A stretch of DNA of 64,000 nt. Source: an uncultured Thermodesulfobacteriota bacterium (GTDB lineage: Bacteria > Desulfobacterota > B13-G15). Position numbers and translations under genes: made by a program. Below, piece by piece: positions 18,526 to 28,388 of the stretch. The notes below the pieces were generated by a model, which was not told where the DNA came from, did no database searches, and worked only from the letters and a program-made list of their open reading frames with translations. Numbering within the stretch: position 1 is the stretch's first letter; every line of letters begins with the position of its first letter. The stretch spans positions 8,303-72,302 of the forward strand of contig CAZSWV010000002.1 in assembly GCA_964611295.1 (NCBI GenBank), in the 5' to 3' direction.

Positions 18526-19527
18526 ATGGTAGGTGAAGTTGAAAGGAAGATAATGGCTATCCTTAGGGTCTTAAAGGATGCGGATGGTCCCCTAGGGGCC
18601 CGTGCCATCTCGGAGAAATTGAAGGAGGAAGGGGTTTATTTGACCGAAAGGGCTGTGCGATATCACCTGAAGATCATGGACGAGAGGGGATGGACGGCGC
18701 TTGTAGGTCGACGAGATGGCAGGGTGGTGACCGAGTTGGGCCTTAGGGAACTTGAAAATGCCCGGGTTAGGGACAAGGTAGGGTATGTCCTTACCAAGAT
18801 CGAAGCCTTGGCCTTTATGACCTCTTTTGACCTCGAAAAGGGCAAAGGCACAATTCCTGTAAACCTTTCCCTTGTTCCAGAGAAGAGGTTAGGGGATGTT
18901 TTAAAGGCCATGAAGTTGGCCTTTAAGGCCGGTCTATGTGTCAGCGAGAGGATAAAGCTGGTTTGGCCTGGTGAAAAAGTTGGGACTTTTCGCGTCCCTG
19001 AGGGGAAAGTGGGGGTGTTTACTGTTTGCAGCATAGTCATAAATGGGGTGCTACTTAAGGCTGGTGTGCCCATGGATTCCAAATTTGGCGGGATCCTCCA
19101 ATTAAGTGGAGGAAAGGCCTTACGGTTTGTGGAGTTGATCCATTATGCGGGCTCTTCCCTTGATCCTTCAGAAGCCTTCATAAGGGCGTCGATGACTTCG
19201 GTGAGGGAGGCTGCAAAGACGGGAAATGGCAACGTCCTGGCCAATTTCCGGGAAATCCCAGCGGTATGTAAGCAGGTGGTGGAAGACTTGTTAGCTGGAC
19301 TTAAGGGGGTCGGGATAGGAGGGGTGATAGCCTTAGGCAAAGTAGGCGAGGACGTATGTGAAGTGCCTGTCGAAAGGGGCAAGGTGGGGATGGTATTACT
19401 TGGAGGGCTCAACCCCATTGCTTGTGCCCACGAAATGGGGATTCCTACGGAGAACAAGGCTATGGCTATGGTCATGTCTTATGAAGAGATGGTCCCATTG
19501 GACGATTACCTTTCAAAAATAAATTGA
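18526..19527 (+). CDS. nrpR: NrpR-family nitrogen repressor (wHTH plus a single DUF128/NRD module)
   Basis: GARAIS..L..EG..LTERAVRYHLKIMDE, TVCSIVINGVLLKAGVP, I.Y.GSSLDPSEAF, LANFREIP, GGLNPIA..HE. Confidence 0.9.
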   Translation: MVGEVERKIMAILRVLKDADGPLGARAISEKLKEEGVYLTERAVRYHLKIMDERGWTALVGRRDGRVVTELGLRELENARVRDKVGYVLTKIEALAFMTSFDLEKGKGTIPVNLSLVPEKRLGDVLKAMKLAFKAGLCVSERIKLVWPGEKVGTFRVPEGKVGVFTVCSIVINGVLLKAGVPMDSKFGGILQLSGGKALRFVELIHYAGSSLDPSEAFIRASMTSVREAAKTGNGNVLANFREIPAVCKQVVEDLLAGLKGVGIGGVIALGKVGEDVCEVPVERGKVGMVLLGGLNPIACAHEMGIPTENKAMAMVMSYEEMVPLDDYLSKIN

Positions 19528-19539
19528 GGAGGTGGAGAC

Positions 19540-21117
19540 ATGAACTTACACAGGCCAAACGCAAACGATGCAACTCAAACTGCAAATCGGTCTCGCAACG
19601 TTGCACCTAACTCTGGATTATGTTCGCGATGCATAGATGGCTGCACTGGGTTTTGTGAGGTCTTCAAAGCCTCATTTAGGGGGAGAGAGGTCATTTACCC
19701 GAGTCCTTTCGGCCTGATAACAGCAGGTGCTGATAAGGAGTATCCTGTTGATTACTCTCATTTGCAGATCCAAGGTTATGCATCAGGGGCAAAGGGGATT
19801 GAGGAGGCTGACCCAGATCATGCTATCTTTCCAGCTGTGGATACCACTACGTCCTATGGTTACCATTATAAAGTTGTGATGAAGCTTCCCATCTTTACAG
19901 GTGCCCTTGGTTCTACCGATATAGCGCGAAGAAACTGGGAGCATTTCGCAGTTGGAACTGCTATATCTGGCATAAGCATAGTCTGCGGTGAGAACGTCTG
20001 TGGTGTGGATCCTCAAGCGGAGTTTAAGAACGGCAAGGTCGTAGAATCCCCTGAGATGAGGAGGAGAGTAGAGCTTTACAAGAGGTGGCATGAAGGATAC
20101 GGTGACATCCACGTGCAGTTAAACGTAGAAGACACGCGCATGGGTGTCGCCGAATACGTGATAGAAAAGCTAGGGGTTGAAACCATAGAACTTAAGTGGG
20201 GACAAGGAGCCAAGTGCATAGGAGGCGAGATAAAGGTGGAATCTTTGGAAAGGGCCCTTGAACTCCAGCGGCGCGGATATATAGTGACGCCAGATCCATC
20301 TCTACCAGCGAATCAGGAGGCTTTTCGCAAGGGGGCTTTGAAGGCCTTTGAAAGGCATTCGAGGCTTGGGTTCATAGAGGAAGAAGCCTTTTACAAGGAA
20401 GTGGAAAGGTTGAGGAGGCTGGGGGCAAAGCGTGTGACCTTGAAGACAGGAGCTTACAGCATGGTGGAGTTGGCAAAAGCCTTGAAGTGGGCTTCAAGGG
20501 CAAGGCTGGATCTCGTTACTATCGATGGAGCAGGTGGTGGCACGGGTATGAGCCCTTGGAGGATGATGAACGAATGGGGCATCCCTACTTTCTACCTCCA
20601 AGCACTTACCTACGAGTTCTGCCAGAAACTTGCCTCACGAGGGGAATGGGTTCCCGATATAGCTATCGCAGGTGGCTTCTCTACCGAAGACCACGTTTTC
20701 AAGGTGATCGCTATGGGTGCCCCGTGGGTCAAAGCCGTATGTATGGGAAGGGCCTTGATGATACCAGGAATGGTGGGTAAGAACATCGGCGAATGGCTAA
20801 AACAAGGTAAGCTTCCGAAAAACGTGGCAGAATACGGTAACACCGTAGAGGAGATCTTCGTATGCTATGAGACCCTTAGGGAAAAATACGGAGACCAAAT
20901 AAAGGAGATACCCCTTGGGGCAATCGCCATCTACACCTTCTGCGACAAGATAAAAGTAGGACTCCAACAACTAATGGCAGGTTCCCGTAACTTCAAAATA
21001 TCCACCATATCCCGCAAAGACCTAATGGCCCTTACACGAGAAGCTGCCGAAATATCAGGCATTCCCTACGTCATGGAGGCTCAGAGGGAAGAAGCAGAAA
21101 GGATCCTTGAAAGTTAA
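19540..21117 (+). CDS. FMN-binding glutamate synthase family protein (stand-alone, function uncertain)
   Basis: ELKWGQGAK..GGE, IDGAGGGTGMSP, AGGFS, AMGAP..KAVCMGRA; N-terminal CSRCIDGCTGFC. Confidence 0.82.
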   Translation: MNLHRPNANDATQTANRSRNVAPNSGLCSRCIDGCTGFCEVFKASFRGREVIYPSPFGLITAGADKEYPVDYSHLQIQGYASGAKGIEEADPDHAIFPAVDTTTSYGYHYKVVMKLPIFTGALGSTDIARRNWEHFAVGTAISGISIVCGENVCGVDPQAEFKNGKVVESPEMRRRVELYKRWHEGYGDIHVQLNVEDTRMGVAEYVIEKLGVETIELKWGQGAKCIGGEIKVESLERALELQRRGYIVTPDPSLPANQEAFRKGALKAFERHSRLGFIEEEAFYKEVERLRRLGAKRVTLKTGAYSMVELAKALKWASRARLDLVTIDGAGGGTGMSPWRMMNEWGIPTFYLQALTYEFCQKLASRGEWVPDIAIAGGFSTEDHVFKVIAMGAPWVKAVCMGRALMIPGMVGKNIGEWLKQGKLPKNVAEYGNTVEEIFVCYETLREKYGDQIKEIPLGAIAIYTFCDKIKVGLQQLMAGSRNFKISTISRKDLMALTREAAEISGIPYVMEAQREEAERILES

Positions 21118-21139
21118 AGTTACTTGTTAAGTTTTTTGG

Positions 21140-21184
21140 CAAAAAGGGGAAGGCCTGTTAAAGTGGCTTTCCCCTTTTTGTTTC
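21140..21184 (+). terminator. Rho-independent terminator (possibly bidirectional) closing the nitrogen cluster
   Basis: CAAAAAGGGGAAGGCC-loop-GGCTTTCCCCTTTTTGTTT. Confidence 0.8.
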
Positions 21185-21200
21185 GGTATAAACTTAAAGG

Positions 21201-23580
21201 TGTGAGGGAGGTATTGGAAAAGTTGTATAGACCTATTGAGTTCGCCTTGAGGCGGGAAGGGAACTTGCGTCAGTTAAAGGGCCTTGAGCGGTTTTTCTTG
21301 GTGGGCACAGAGGAGCTTGAAAAGTTTGTGGAGGCTCGGGAATTGAAGGGGCTTATCGAAAGGCTAAGGGAGCTCTTTAGGGGTTTTGACCAAAAGGGGG
21401 ATCAGGAGAAGAAGAGGGCCGTAGTTGAAGCAAAGGTTATCTTGGAGGAGATCGGTAACCGTTTGGGAGGGCAAGAGAAGGTCGACCTATGGAGGATTCC
21501 CTTAAGTGAGGTGAAAGGAGTAGGGCGTAAGACCTATGAACTCTTAAAACGGAAGGGGCTTTTCACAGTTGGGGATGCCTTGTGGAACCTACCCATACGT
21601 TATGAGGACAGGAGGGAATTGAAAAAGTTCTTTCAATTAGTCCCAGGAGAGTGGGCGACAGCAGTGGGAAAGGTCCTGGCTATAAACGAGGTCACCTATC
21701 CTAAAAGCAGGCGCAAGGTTCTAGAGGTGCTAATAGGAGACGATACGGGCTTTTTGACGGCTAAGTGGTTCCAAGGGTGGGACTATCTTAAAAAGGTCCT
21801 TAAGATAGGCACAAAGGTGGTCTTTTCGGGGGAGATAAAGGGCTTTGGGGATCAGAAAGAAGTCTTACATCCTGACCTTGAAGTGCTAGATGAGGAGGGT
21901 GATCTGAGCATCCATTTCGGGAGGATAGTCCCAGTTTATCCTTCTTCTGAAGGCCTAAAGCAGAAGAGGATGCGCTCTATAATGTACGAAGTGGTTTCAC
22001 GATTTGCGCACAAGGTAAGGAGTGCGGTTCCTTTCGAAGTGGAATTGAGATGTGGTCTTTTGCCCTTGGACAAGGCCTTACAGGAGGTCCATTTCCCTTC
22101 AGATCCAAAGCAATTGGAGAACCTAAGGCGTGGGGTGTCACCTTATCATCAACGGCTTGCCTTTGAGGAGCTTTTCTTGCTGGAGTTGGCATTGGCCTTA
22201 AAAAGGCAAGAGGTCAAAAGGGCCAAAGGGATATCCATGCGCATAGAAGGCGTAGAGATGCTAGACGAATTCATAAAAGGCCTCCCTTTCACATTGACTG
22301 AGGCCCAACGGCGGGTCCTTGAGGAGATCAAACAAGACCTTTCGAAGCCATATCCTATGTATCGATTGTTGCAAGGCGATGTAGGTAGCGGTAAAACCGT
22401 GGTGGCCCTGGCAGCTTCGGTCATTTGTATAGCCAATGGTTACCAAGTAGCCATGATGGCTCCTACGGAGATATTGGCCGAACAACATTTCCAGACCGCT
22501 AAGGAGTTTCTGTCACCTCTGGGGGTAAAGGTGGCGATTTTGACCTCGCGTATAAGGGGAGTGGAAAGGAATGTGTTGCTTGGAGATATAGCCCTAGGGG
22601 AAGTAGGGGTTATAGTTGGAACCCATGCCCTTATACAGGAAGAGGTGCGTTTTAAGAAACTCGGACTCGTCATTGTGGATGAACAGCATAGGTTTGGGGT
22701 GCTACAGAGGGCCAAGTTGTATCAGAAAGGGGAGATGCCGCATTTACTTGTCATGACGGCTACCCCTATACCGAGAACCTTAGCCATGACCCTTTATGGA
22801 GATATGGAGGTTTCGATAATAGACCAAATGCCTCCCCATAAGGCCTCGATTGAGACCCTATTGTTCTGGGAGGAAGAGGCAGAGAAGGCCTATGAGATAT
22901 TAGCCAAAGAGGTCCGAAAAGGGCGCCAAGCCTATGTTATCTACCCCTTGATAGAGGAATCCGAGCAACTTGACCTTAAAAACGCAAAAGAGGGGGCTAG
23001 GAACCTTTCTAAGAGATACCCTGAATTCAAAGTGGCCCTTATACATGGACGCATGCGCCAAGAAGAAAAAAACAGGATAATGGAGTCCTTCAGGAGGGGA
23101 GAGATACAGGTCTTGGTATCCACTACCATTGTAGAAGTAGGTATAGACGTACCGAACGCCACTGTGATCCTTGTCGAAGAGGCCCAAAGGTTCGGACTCG
23201 CACAGTTACACCAATTGAGAGGTAGGGTGGGGAGGGGGGCTTATAGTTCCTATTGCTTACTTGTGGCAAGGGGGAATTTAACAGAAGAGGCCAAAAGGAG
23301 GCTTAAGGTGATGGAGGAAACTAACGACGGCTTCCGTATAGCAGAAGAGGACCTCGCCATAAGGGGACCAGGGGACATTATGGGCATAAGACAGTGGGGA
23401 CAGATGAAGTTCAAAGTAGCAGAACTACCGAGGGACTTGAGGCTTTTACTTTTGGCAAGAAGGGAGGCCTTTAGGCTGATAAAGGAGGATCCCACCCTTG
23501 ATTCCCCTCATTACAGGCAGCTAAAAGAACTGGTCATGCAAAAATGGGGTGAGAAATTGGATTTAGCAACCATAGGTTGA
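21201..23580 (+). CDS. recG: ATP-dependent DNA helicase RecG
   Basis: RLLQGDVGSGKT, APTEILAEQH, DEQHRFG, MTATPIPRT, QLHQLRGRVGRG; start uncertain (ORF opens at 21124, but GTG ~21201 lies after the terminator). Confidence 0.95.
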
Positions 23581-23635
23581 TAGGGTCTGAAGTTTGTGAT
23601 ATCTTTCTCAAAAACCATTAGAAGGGAGGATTAGC

Positions 23636-24409
23636 ATGGCGTATCAAAACATCATTTATGAGGTCAAAGATGAAGTAGCACGGATTGTGATCAATCGTCC
23701 TCCGTACAATGTGTTGGATATCCCTACCATGAGGGAGATGGTGGAGGCCTTAAGGGATGTCAAAGCCAAGGAAGGAACTCTTAAGGCCCTCTTGATAACT
23801 GCTTCGGGTGATAAGGCCTTTTGTGCCGGTGTGGACGTCAAGGACCATATGGGGGACAAAATGGAGGAGATGCTTGAGGTGTTCCACGCTATTTTCAGGG
23901 TGATGGCTACTTTGGAGATACCGACTGTTGCTGCTGTAAGGGGGCATGTGTTGGGTGGGGGATGTGAGGTTATGATGTTCTGTGACATGGTCATAGCCAG
24001 TGAGTCAGCTAAAATAGGCCAACCGGAGATAAAGGTTGGAGTTTATCCACCTGTAGCTGCCGCTTATCTGCCTAGGATAATAGGGATGAAGAAAGCAATG
24101 GAGCTTATCCTTACAGGTGATACCATTTCTGCACAGGAGGCGGAAAGGATTGGCTTAGTCAACCTTGTGGTCCCCGATGACAAGTTCGAGGAAGAGGTGG
24201 AGCGTTTTTTGAAGAGGCTTACTGAGAAAAGCTCGGTGGTCCTCAGGATGACAAAACGTGCCATTATGGCTGGTATGTCTGGGGATTTCGAGACAGGGCT
24301 ACAAAACTCCGAGTTCATCTATAAGAACGCCCTTATGAAGACCGAAGATGCCAATGAAGGTCTCCAGGCCTTCTTGGAGAAGAGGCAGCCGCAATGGAAG
24401 GGAAGGTAG
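23636..24409 (+). CDS. Enoyl-CoA hydratase family, cyclohexa-1,5-diene-1-carbonyl-CoA hydratase (Dch/BamR)-like
   Basis: AFCAGVDVKDH, LGGGCE, IGQPEI..GVYPPVAAA, EDANEGLQAFLEKR; resembles Syntrophus-type Dch as recalled. Confidence 0.78.
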   Translation: MAYQNIIYEVKDEVARIVINRPPYNVLDIPTMREMVEALRDVKAKEGTLKALLITASGDKAFCAGVDVKDHMGDKMEEMLEVFHAIFRVMATLEIPTVAAVRGHVLGGGCEVMMFCDMVIASESAKIGQPEIKVGVYPPVAAAYLPRIIGMKKAMELILTGDTISAQEAERIGLVNLVVPDDKFEEEVERFLKRLTEKSSVVLRMTKRAIMAGMSGDFETGLQNSEFIYKNALMKTEDANEGLQAFLEKRQPQWKGR

Positions 24410-25176
24410 TTGCTGGTATAGATGTGGGCTCCCTCACGACCAAGGCCGTCATCTACGACCAACAAAAGGGCATAAGAGGTTATGCGATCTTGCTTACTGG
24501 AGGTTCGGGATATGAGGCTGCAGTATCCTCTTTCGATCAGGTCTTGAGGTTTTGTAAGTTGAAAAGGGAGGACGTGGCCTCAGTGGTTGCCACTGGTTGT
24601 GGGCGGGGCCTTGTCGACTTTGCCTCAAAGAAGGTTACAGAAATCACCTGCTTGGCTAAAGGGGTGAACTACCTTTTCCCTCAAGCTCGCACAGTGATAG
24701 ATATAGGTGGTCAAGATACTAAGGTCTTAAAGATAAACGGAAACGGCAGGGTGTTGGAATTTGATATGAACGACAAGTGCGCGGCTGGTACAGGACGTTT
24801 TCTGGAAGTAATGGCCAAGGCCTTAGGGGTAGAACTCGACAAAATGGGGGAGAGGTCCCTCAAGGCCAATAAAGGTATTTCTATATCGAGTATTTGCACG
24901 GTCTTTGCCGAAAGCGAGGTGATATCGCTGGTAGCACAAGGCGAGACAGTAGAGGAGATCCTTCATGCAGTTCACAAGGCAGTGGCTAAGAGGACTGCGG
25001 CCCTTTTAGAAAGGATCGGTGGGCCTGTACCTGAGGTTGTCATGGCCGGAGGGGTGGCTAAAAACGTGGGCGTGGTTAAGGCCCTTGAAGATGAACTAGG
25101 CCTTCCCTTGATGGTCTACCATGAGCCGCAGATAGTTTGTGCCCTTGGTGCAGCCCTTATCGCCCTAGCGGAGTAA
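24394..25176 (+). CDS. ATP-dependent electron-transfer activase (HgdC/BcrA/BcrD/BzdQ family)
   Basis: GIDVGSLTTK, IDIGGQD, MNDKCAAGTGRF, SSICTVFAESE, GGVAKN. Confidence 0.9.
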   Translation: MEGKVVAGIDVGSLTTKAVIYDQQKGIRGYAILLTGGSGYEAAVSSFDQVLRFCKLKREDVASVVATGCGRGLVDFASKKVTEITCLAKGVNYLFPQARTVIDIGGQDTKVLKINGNGRVLEFDMNDKCAAGTGRFLEVMAKALGVELDKMGERSLKANKGISISSICTVFAESEVISLVAQGETVEEILHAVHKAVAKRTAALLERIGGPVPEVVMAGGVAKNVGVVKALEDELGLPLMVYHEPQIVCALGAALIALAE

Positions 25177-25180
25177 GAAG

Positions 25181-26107
25181 GTGGTCTTTCAGAAGCTTGT
25201 TCACGGACTTGAGAAGACTAGAAAAGGCCTTATCGACAGGCTAAGGGCGATATTACGTCCTGAAGAACCCATACGCGAGGAGACGTGGCTGGAATTAGAA
25301 GAGATCCTGATCGAAGCAGACTTAGGTATCAAGACTACGAGCGAAATCATAACCCAGGCCAGGAGTATCTGCCAAAAAAGAAGGATTGGGGATCAGGAAG
25401 GGATTTACGCGGTGATAAAGGAGATAGTCCTCGAATTACTTAAGCCATGTGCTAGTCCTTTTCGTTTGAAAGATGGAAAAGTCCCTACTGTGGTTTTGGC
25501 TTTGGGTGTCAACGGGGTAGGGAAGACCACTACCTTAGGTAAGATAGCCCATCGATTTGTCTCACAGGGGAAAAAGGTCATGATAGCCGCAGCTGATACC
25601 TTTAGGGCTGCTGCTATAGAGCAATTGGAGTTAATAGCGCATAAGGCTGGGGCTGTCCTTATAAAACACAAAGAGGGAGCAGATCCTGCGGCGGTGGCCT
25701 TTGATGCCTTAACCTCGGCGAAGGCTAGGGGTTTTGACCTTCTTCTTATCGATACCGCTGGAAGGCTTCATACAAAAGGAGGCCTTTTGGAAGAGTTGAA
25801 AAAGGTAAAAAGGGTCCTTAGAAAGCTTGACCCTGAAGCTCCGGATGAAACCCTTTTGGTGCTTGACGCTACTACCGGGCAGAACGCCCTCGTTCAAGCT
25901 CGGACCTTTCAAGAGGCCCTAGGTGTTACGGGTATAGCCTTGGTTAAATTGGACGGTACAGCCAAGGGGGGGATAATAGTTGCCGTTGCAAAGGAGTTGG
26001 GTATACCCATAAGGTATATAGGGATAGGTGAGGACCTTGATGACCTTGAGGAATTTGTCCCAGAGGTCTTCGTAGATGCCCTTTTCACTAAAAACCAAGT
26101 TTACTGA
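25181..26107 (+). CDS. ftsY: Signal recognition particle receptor
   Basis: [38 protein letters not shown]. Confidence 0.97.
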   Translation: MVFQKLVHGLEKTRKGLIDRLRAILRPEEPIREETWLELEEILIEADLGIKTTSEIITQARSICQKRRIGDQEGIYAVIKEIVLELLKPCASPFRLKDGKVPTVVLALGVNGVGKTTTLGKIAHRFVSQGKKVMIAAADTFRAAAIEQLELIAHKAGAVLIKHKEGADPAAVAFDALTSAKARGFDLLLIDTAGRLHTKGGLLEELKKVKRVLRKLDPEAPDETLLVLDATTGQNALVQARTFQEALGVTGIALVKLDGTAKGGIIVAVAKELGIPIRYIGIGEDLDDLEEFVPEVFVDALFTKNQVY

Positions 26108-26124
26108 ACGGATACCGATACTCC

Positions 26125-26592
26125 ATGGGTAAGGACGAAAAAGGGACAAAGAAGATAGTGGCCCAAAACCGTAGGGCCTATAGGGATTACTGGATCGAGG
26201 AGACTTTGGAGGCAGGCATTGTCTTACAGGGGTCAGAGGTAAAGGCCTTAAGGGAAGGCAGGGTGAACATCCAGGACGGTTATGCCCAGGTAGAAGGAGG
26301 CGAGGTTTTCCTTTTGAACGTCCACATAAGCCCTTATGCCCATGGCAATTACTTTAACCATGATCCCTTGAGGCCAAGGAAGCTCTTGCTTCACAAACGC
26401 GAGATAAAGCGGCTGATAGGTAAGGTCCAACAGAGGGGTTATACCCTCATACCCTTGAGTATATATTTCACAAGGGGTAAGGCAAAGGTAGAACTTGCCT
26501 TAGCCAAGGGCAAAAAGCTTTATGATAGGCGAGAGGAGTTAAAGAGGAAAATAATGGAAAAGGAATTCGAAAGGGGATATAGGAGGAGTTAA
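26125..26592 (+). CDS. smpB: SsrA-binding protein
   Basis: [32 protein letters not shown]. Confidence 0.97.
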   Translation: MGKDEKGTKKIVAQNRRAYRDYWIEETLEAGIVLQGSEVKALREGRVNIQDGYAQVEGGEVFLLNVHISPYAHGNYFNHDPLRPRKLLLHKREIKRLIGKVQQRGYTLIPLSIYFTRGKAKVELALAKGKKLYDRREELKRKIMEKEFERGYRRS

Positions 26593-26600
26593 GTCCTTTC

Positions 26601-26629
26601 TTGAAAGGTCCTTAAAGGGAGGCTAAACT
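26601..26629 (+). promoter_or_regulatory. Sigma70-type promoter for tmRNA
   Basis: TTGAAA (26601-26606), 17 bp spacer, TAAACT (26624-26629). Confidence 0.6.
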
Positions 26630-26642
26630 TAAATTAGCAAAA

Positions 26643-26995
26643 GGGGGCGAATGGGTTTCGACGGGGGTAGGGAGAAAGGGAAGCGCATGCCGAGGTCCCA
26701 CTCCTCGTTAAACAGTGGGGCAAACACAAGTGCCGACTCGTATGAGTACGCTTTGGCCGCTTAATTGATCGGCCAACGTCCTGCGGGATTTGCCCGTAGG
26801 TCCCGTTAGGGCGTCAGAGAATACGGGCTTGGTCCTTGCTAAGGCTCATAGGCAAGGACGACGCCTTTATGAGCTAGTCCTTATGGTTTCCTGCCTGTGG
26901 GGACCATAGGGGCGAAAGTTAAACACAGGCTAAGCATGTAGGGCTTCCTTTCAAACTACTCTCGGACGCGGGTTCGATTCCCGCCGCCTCCACCA
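26643..26995 (+). ncRNA. ssrA: tmRNA; tag peptide (A)ADSYEYALAA*
   Basis: 5' GGGGGCG...TTCGAC and 3' GGTTCGATTCCCGCCGCCTCCACCA with a G-U acceptor pair; tag ORF 26732-26764; directly after smpB. Confidence 0.96.
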
Positions 26996-27119
26996 ATTTT
27001 ATAAGTTGTTCCTTAAGCCAATCCAAATCATTCACTCTTTAGTGGTCCCACCGTTTGAATCTTAGCGGTGGTAATTTTTGCCTTTTGGGGAGGAGCTGAT
27101 CTTGGAAAAGATGGGGCGA

Positions 27120-27391
27120 GAAAAAAACTCCTATCTGTTGAGGAAACTAAGATTCAAGCTTAGGGGTTCTATGGAAAGGAAGGTGCTGGTTTAGTTTTTC
27201 CTGTTTTTAGTCGGTTTTTTTCAATCCTTGTAGTTTTTGAACGGGTTTCACTATAAATAAAAAAACCACGATTGAAACGGTCAGAAAACTCAAAGCGGCA
27301 TTGATGAATTTACCAATGTTCACAGGGCTGAGCTTAACCGAAGAAAAATCAGGAGTTTTCTCATGATTAAATCTCTAAACTCTTTAAGCAT
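27120..27391 (-). pseudogene. mscL: Large-conductance mechanosensitive channel pseudogene
   Basis: AAGGAGG RBS, then MLKEFRDLIMR; after a frameshift TPDFSSVKLSPVNIGKFINAALSFLTVSIVVFLFIVKPVQKL; TM1 segment missing; 3' end approximate. Confidence 0.78.
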
Positions 27392-27651
27392 GGCTATACC
27401 TCCTTTTCTGTGCTTGTTCATATAAAAATAGCATAATTGTGAAAGTAATCAAGTTTCAGATTAGGCCTAGCAGTGAATTTTATATGGATCCAAGGACATA
27501 CATCCCTAAGTCCATATAAGCTCGAGTGGTTTTTCATTTGTCAGGAAAAACAAAATTTATTTTTATCTGTTACAGGAGGTTAGAGAAGAGTATGGTTTTG
27601 TGTTCATGACAGTGATAATCTAACAAGGAAAGATGGTCATGGAGTGTTAAG

Positions 27652-28357
27652 ATGGATGGAAGAAGAAGGTCTTACACATGTGTAGTATGCGGGAGGACTT
27701 TTTCCAGGGGGGGAAGTGATTCCAAATGAGGCTGTAAGAGAAGAAGTAGCAAGGGAGATTGCCAGAGACTATCCGAACTGGACTGCGGAAGGTTTTATAT
27801 GTAAGTCTGACCTAACGAAATACCAAGTGAGGTACTTCCATTCTTTGATTGAATCGGAAAAAGGGGAGATCACTGCCCTTGAGAAAGAGGTATTACGTAG
27901 CATTCAAGAGCATGAAGTACTTGCCAAAAACATCCAAGCGGAATTCGAACAAAATAGGTCATTTGGTCAAAAATTAGCAGATCGAATCGCTGCCTTTGGT
28001 GGAAGTTGGACCTTTCTCATATGCTTCGGTGCTTTTATAGCCCTTTGGATCGGAATGAACTCAATTGTTTTGATTTGGCACCCCCCTGACCCTTATCCCT
28101 TTATCCTATTAAACCTTATATTGTCATGCCTAGCAGCAATTCAGGCTCCTATCATAATGATGAGTCAAAAACGTCAAGAGGAAAAGGATCGCCTTCGTTC
28201 ACAACATGACTACCAGATAAACCTCAAGGCCGAGCTTGAGATAAGGCATCTTCATGAGAAGATCGATCATCTTCTATCGCACCAATGGGATCGTTTAGCT
28301 CAAATTCAACAAATACAGCTAGATATGTTATCTGAAATCATCAACAGCAAGAAATGA
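27652..28357 (+). CDS. DUF1003 membrane protein; N-terminus split by a frameshift in a G7 run (intact ORF 27716-28357)
   Basis: LADRIAAFGGSW, DPYPFILLNL.LS.LAAIQAPIIMMSQ, INLKAELEI; upstream frame MDGRRRSYTCVVCGRTFS joins if one G is removed at 27707-27713. Confidence 0.8.
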
Positions 28358-28388
28358 ATTCACATATCAACCTGCTGACTTTCATGCG

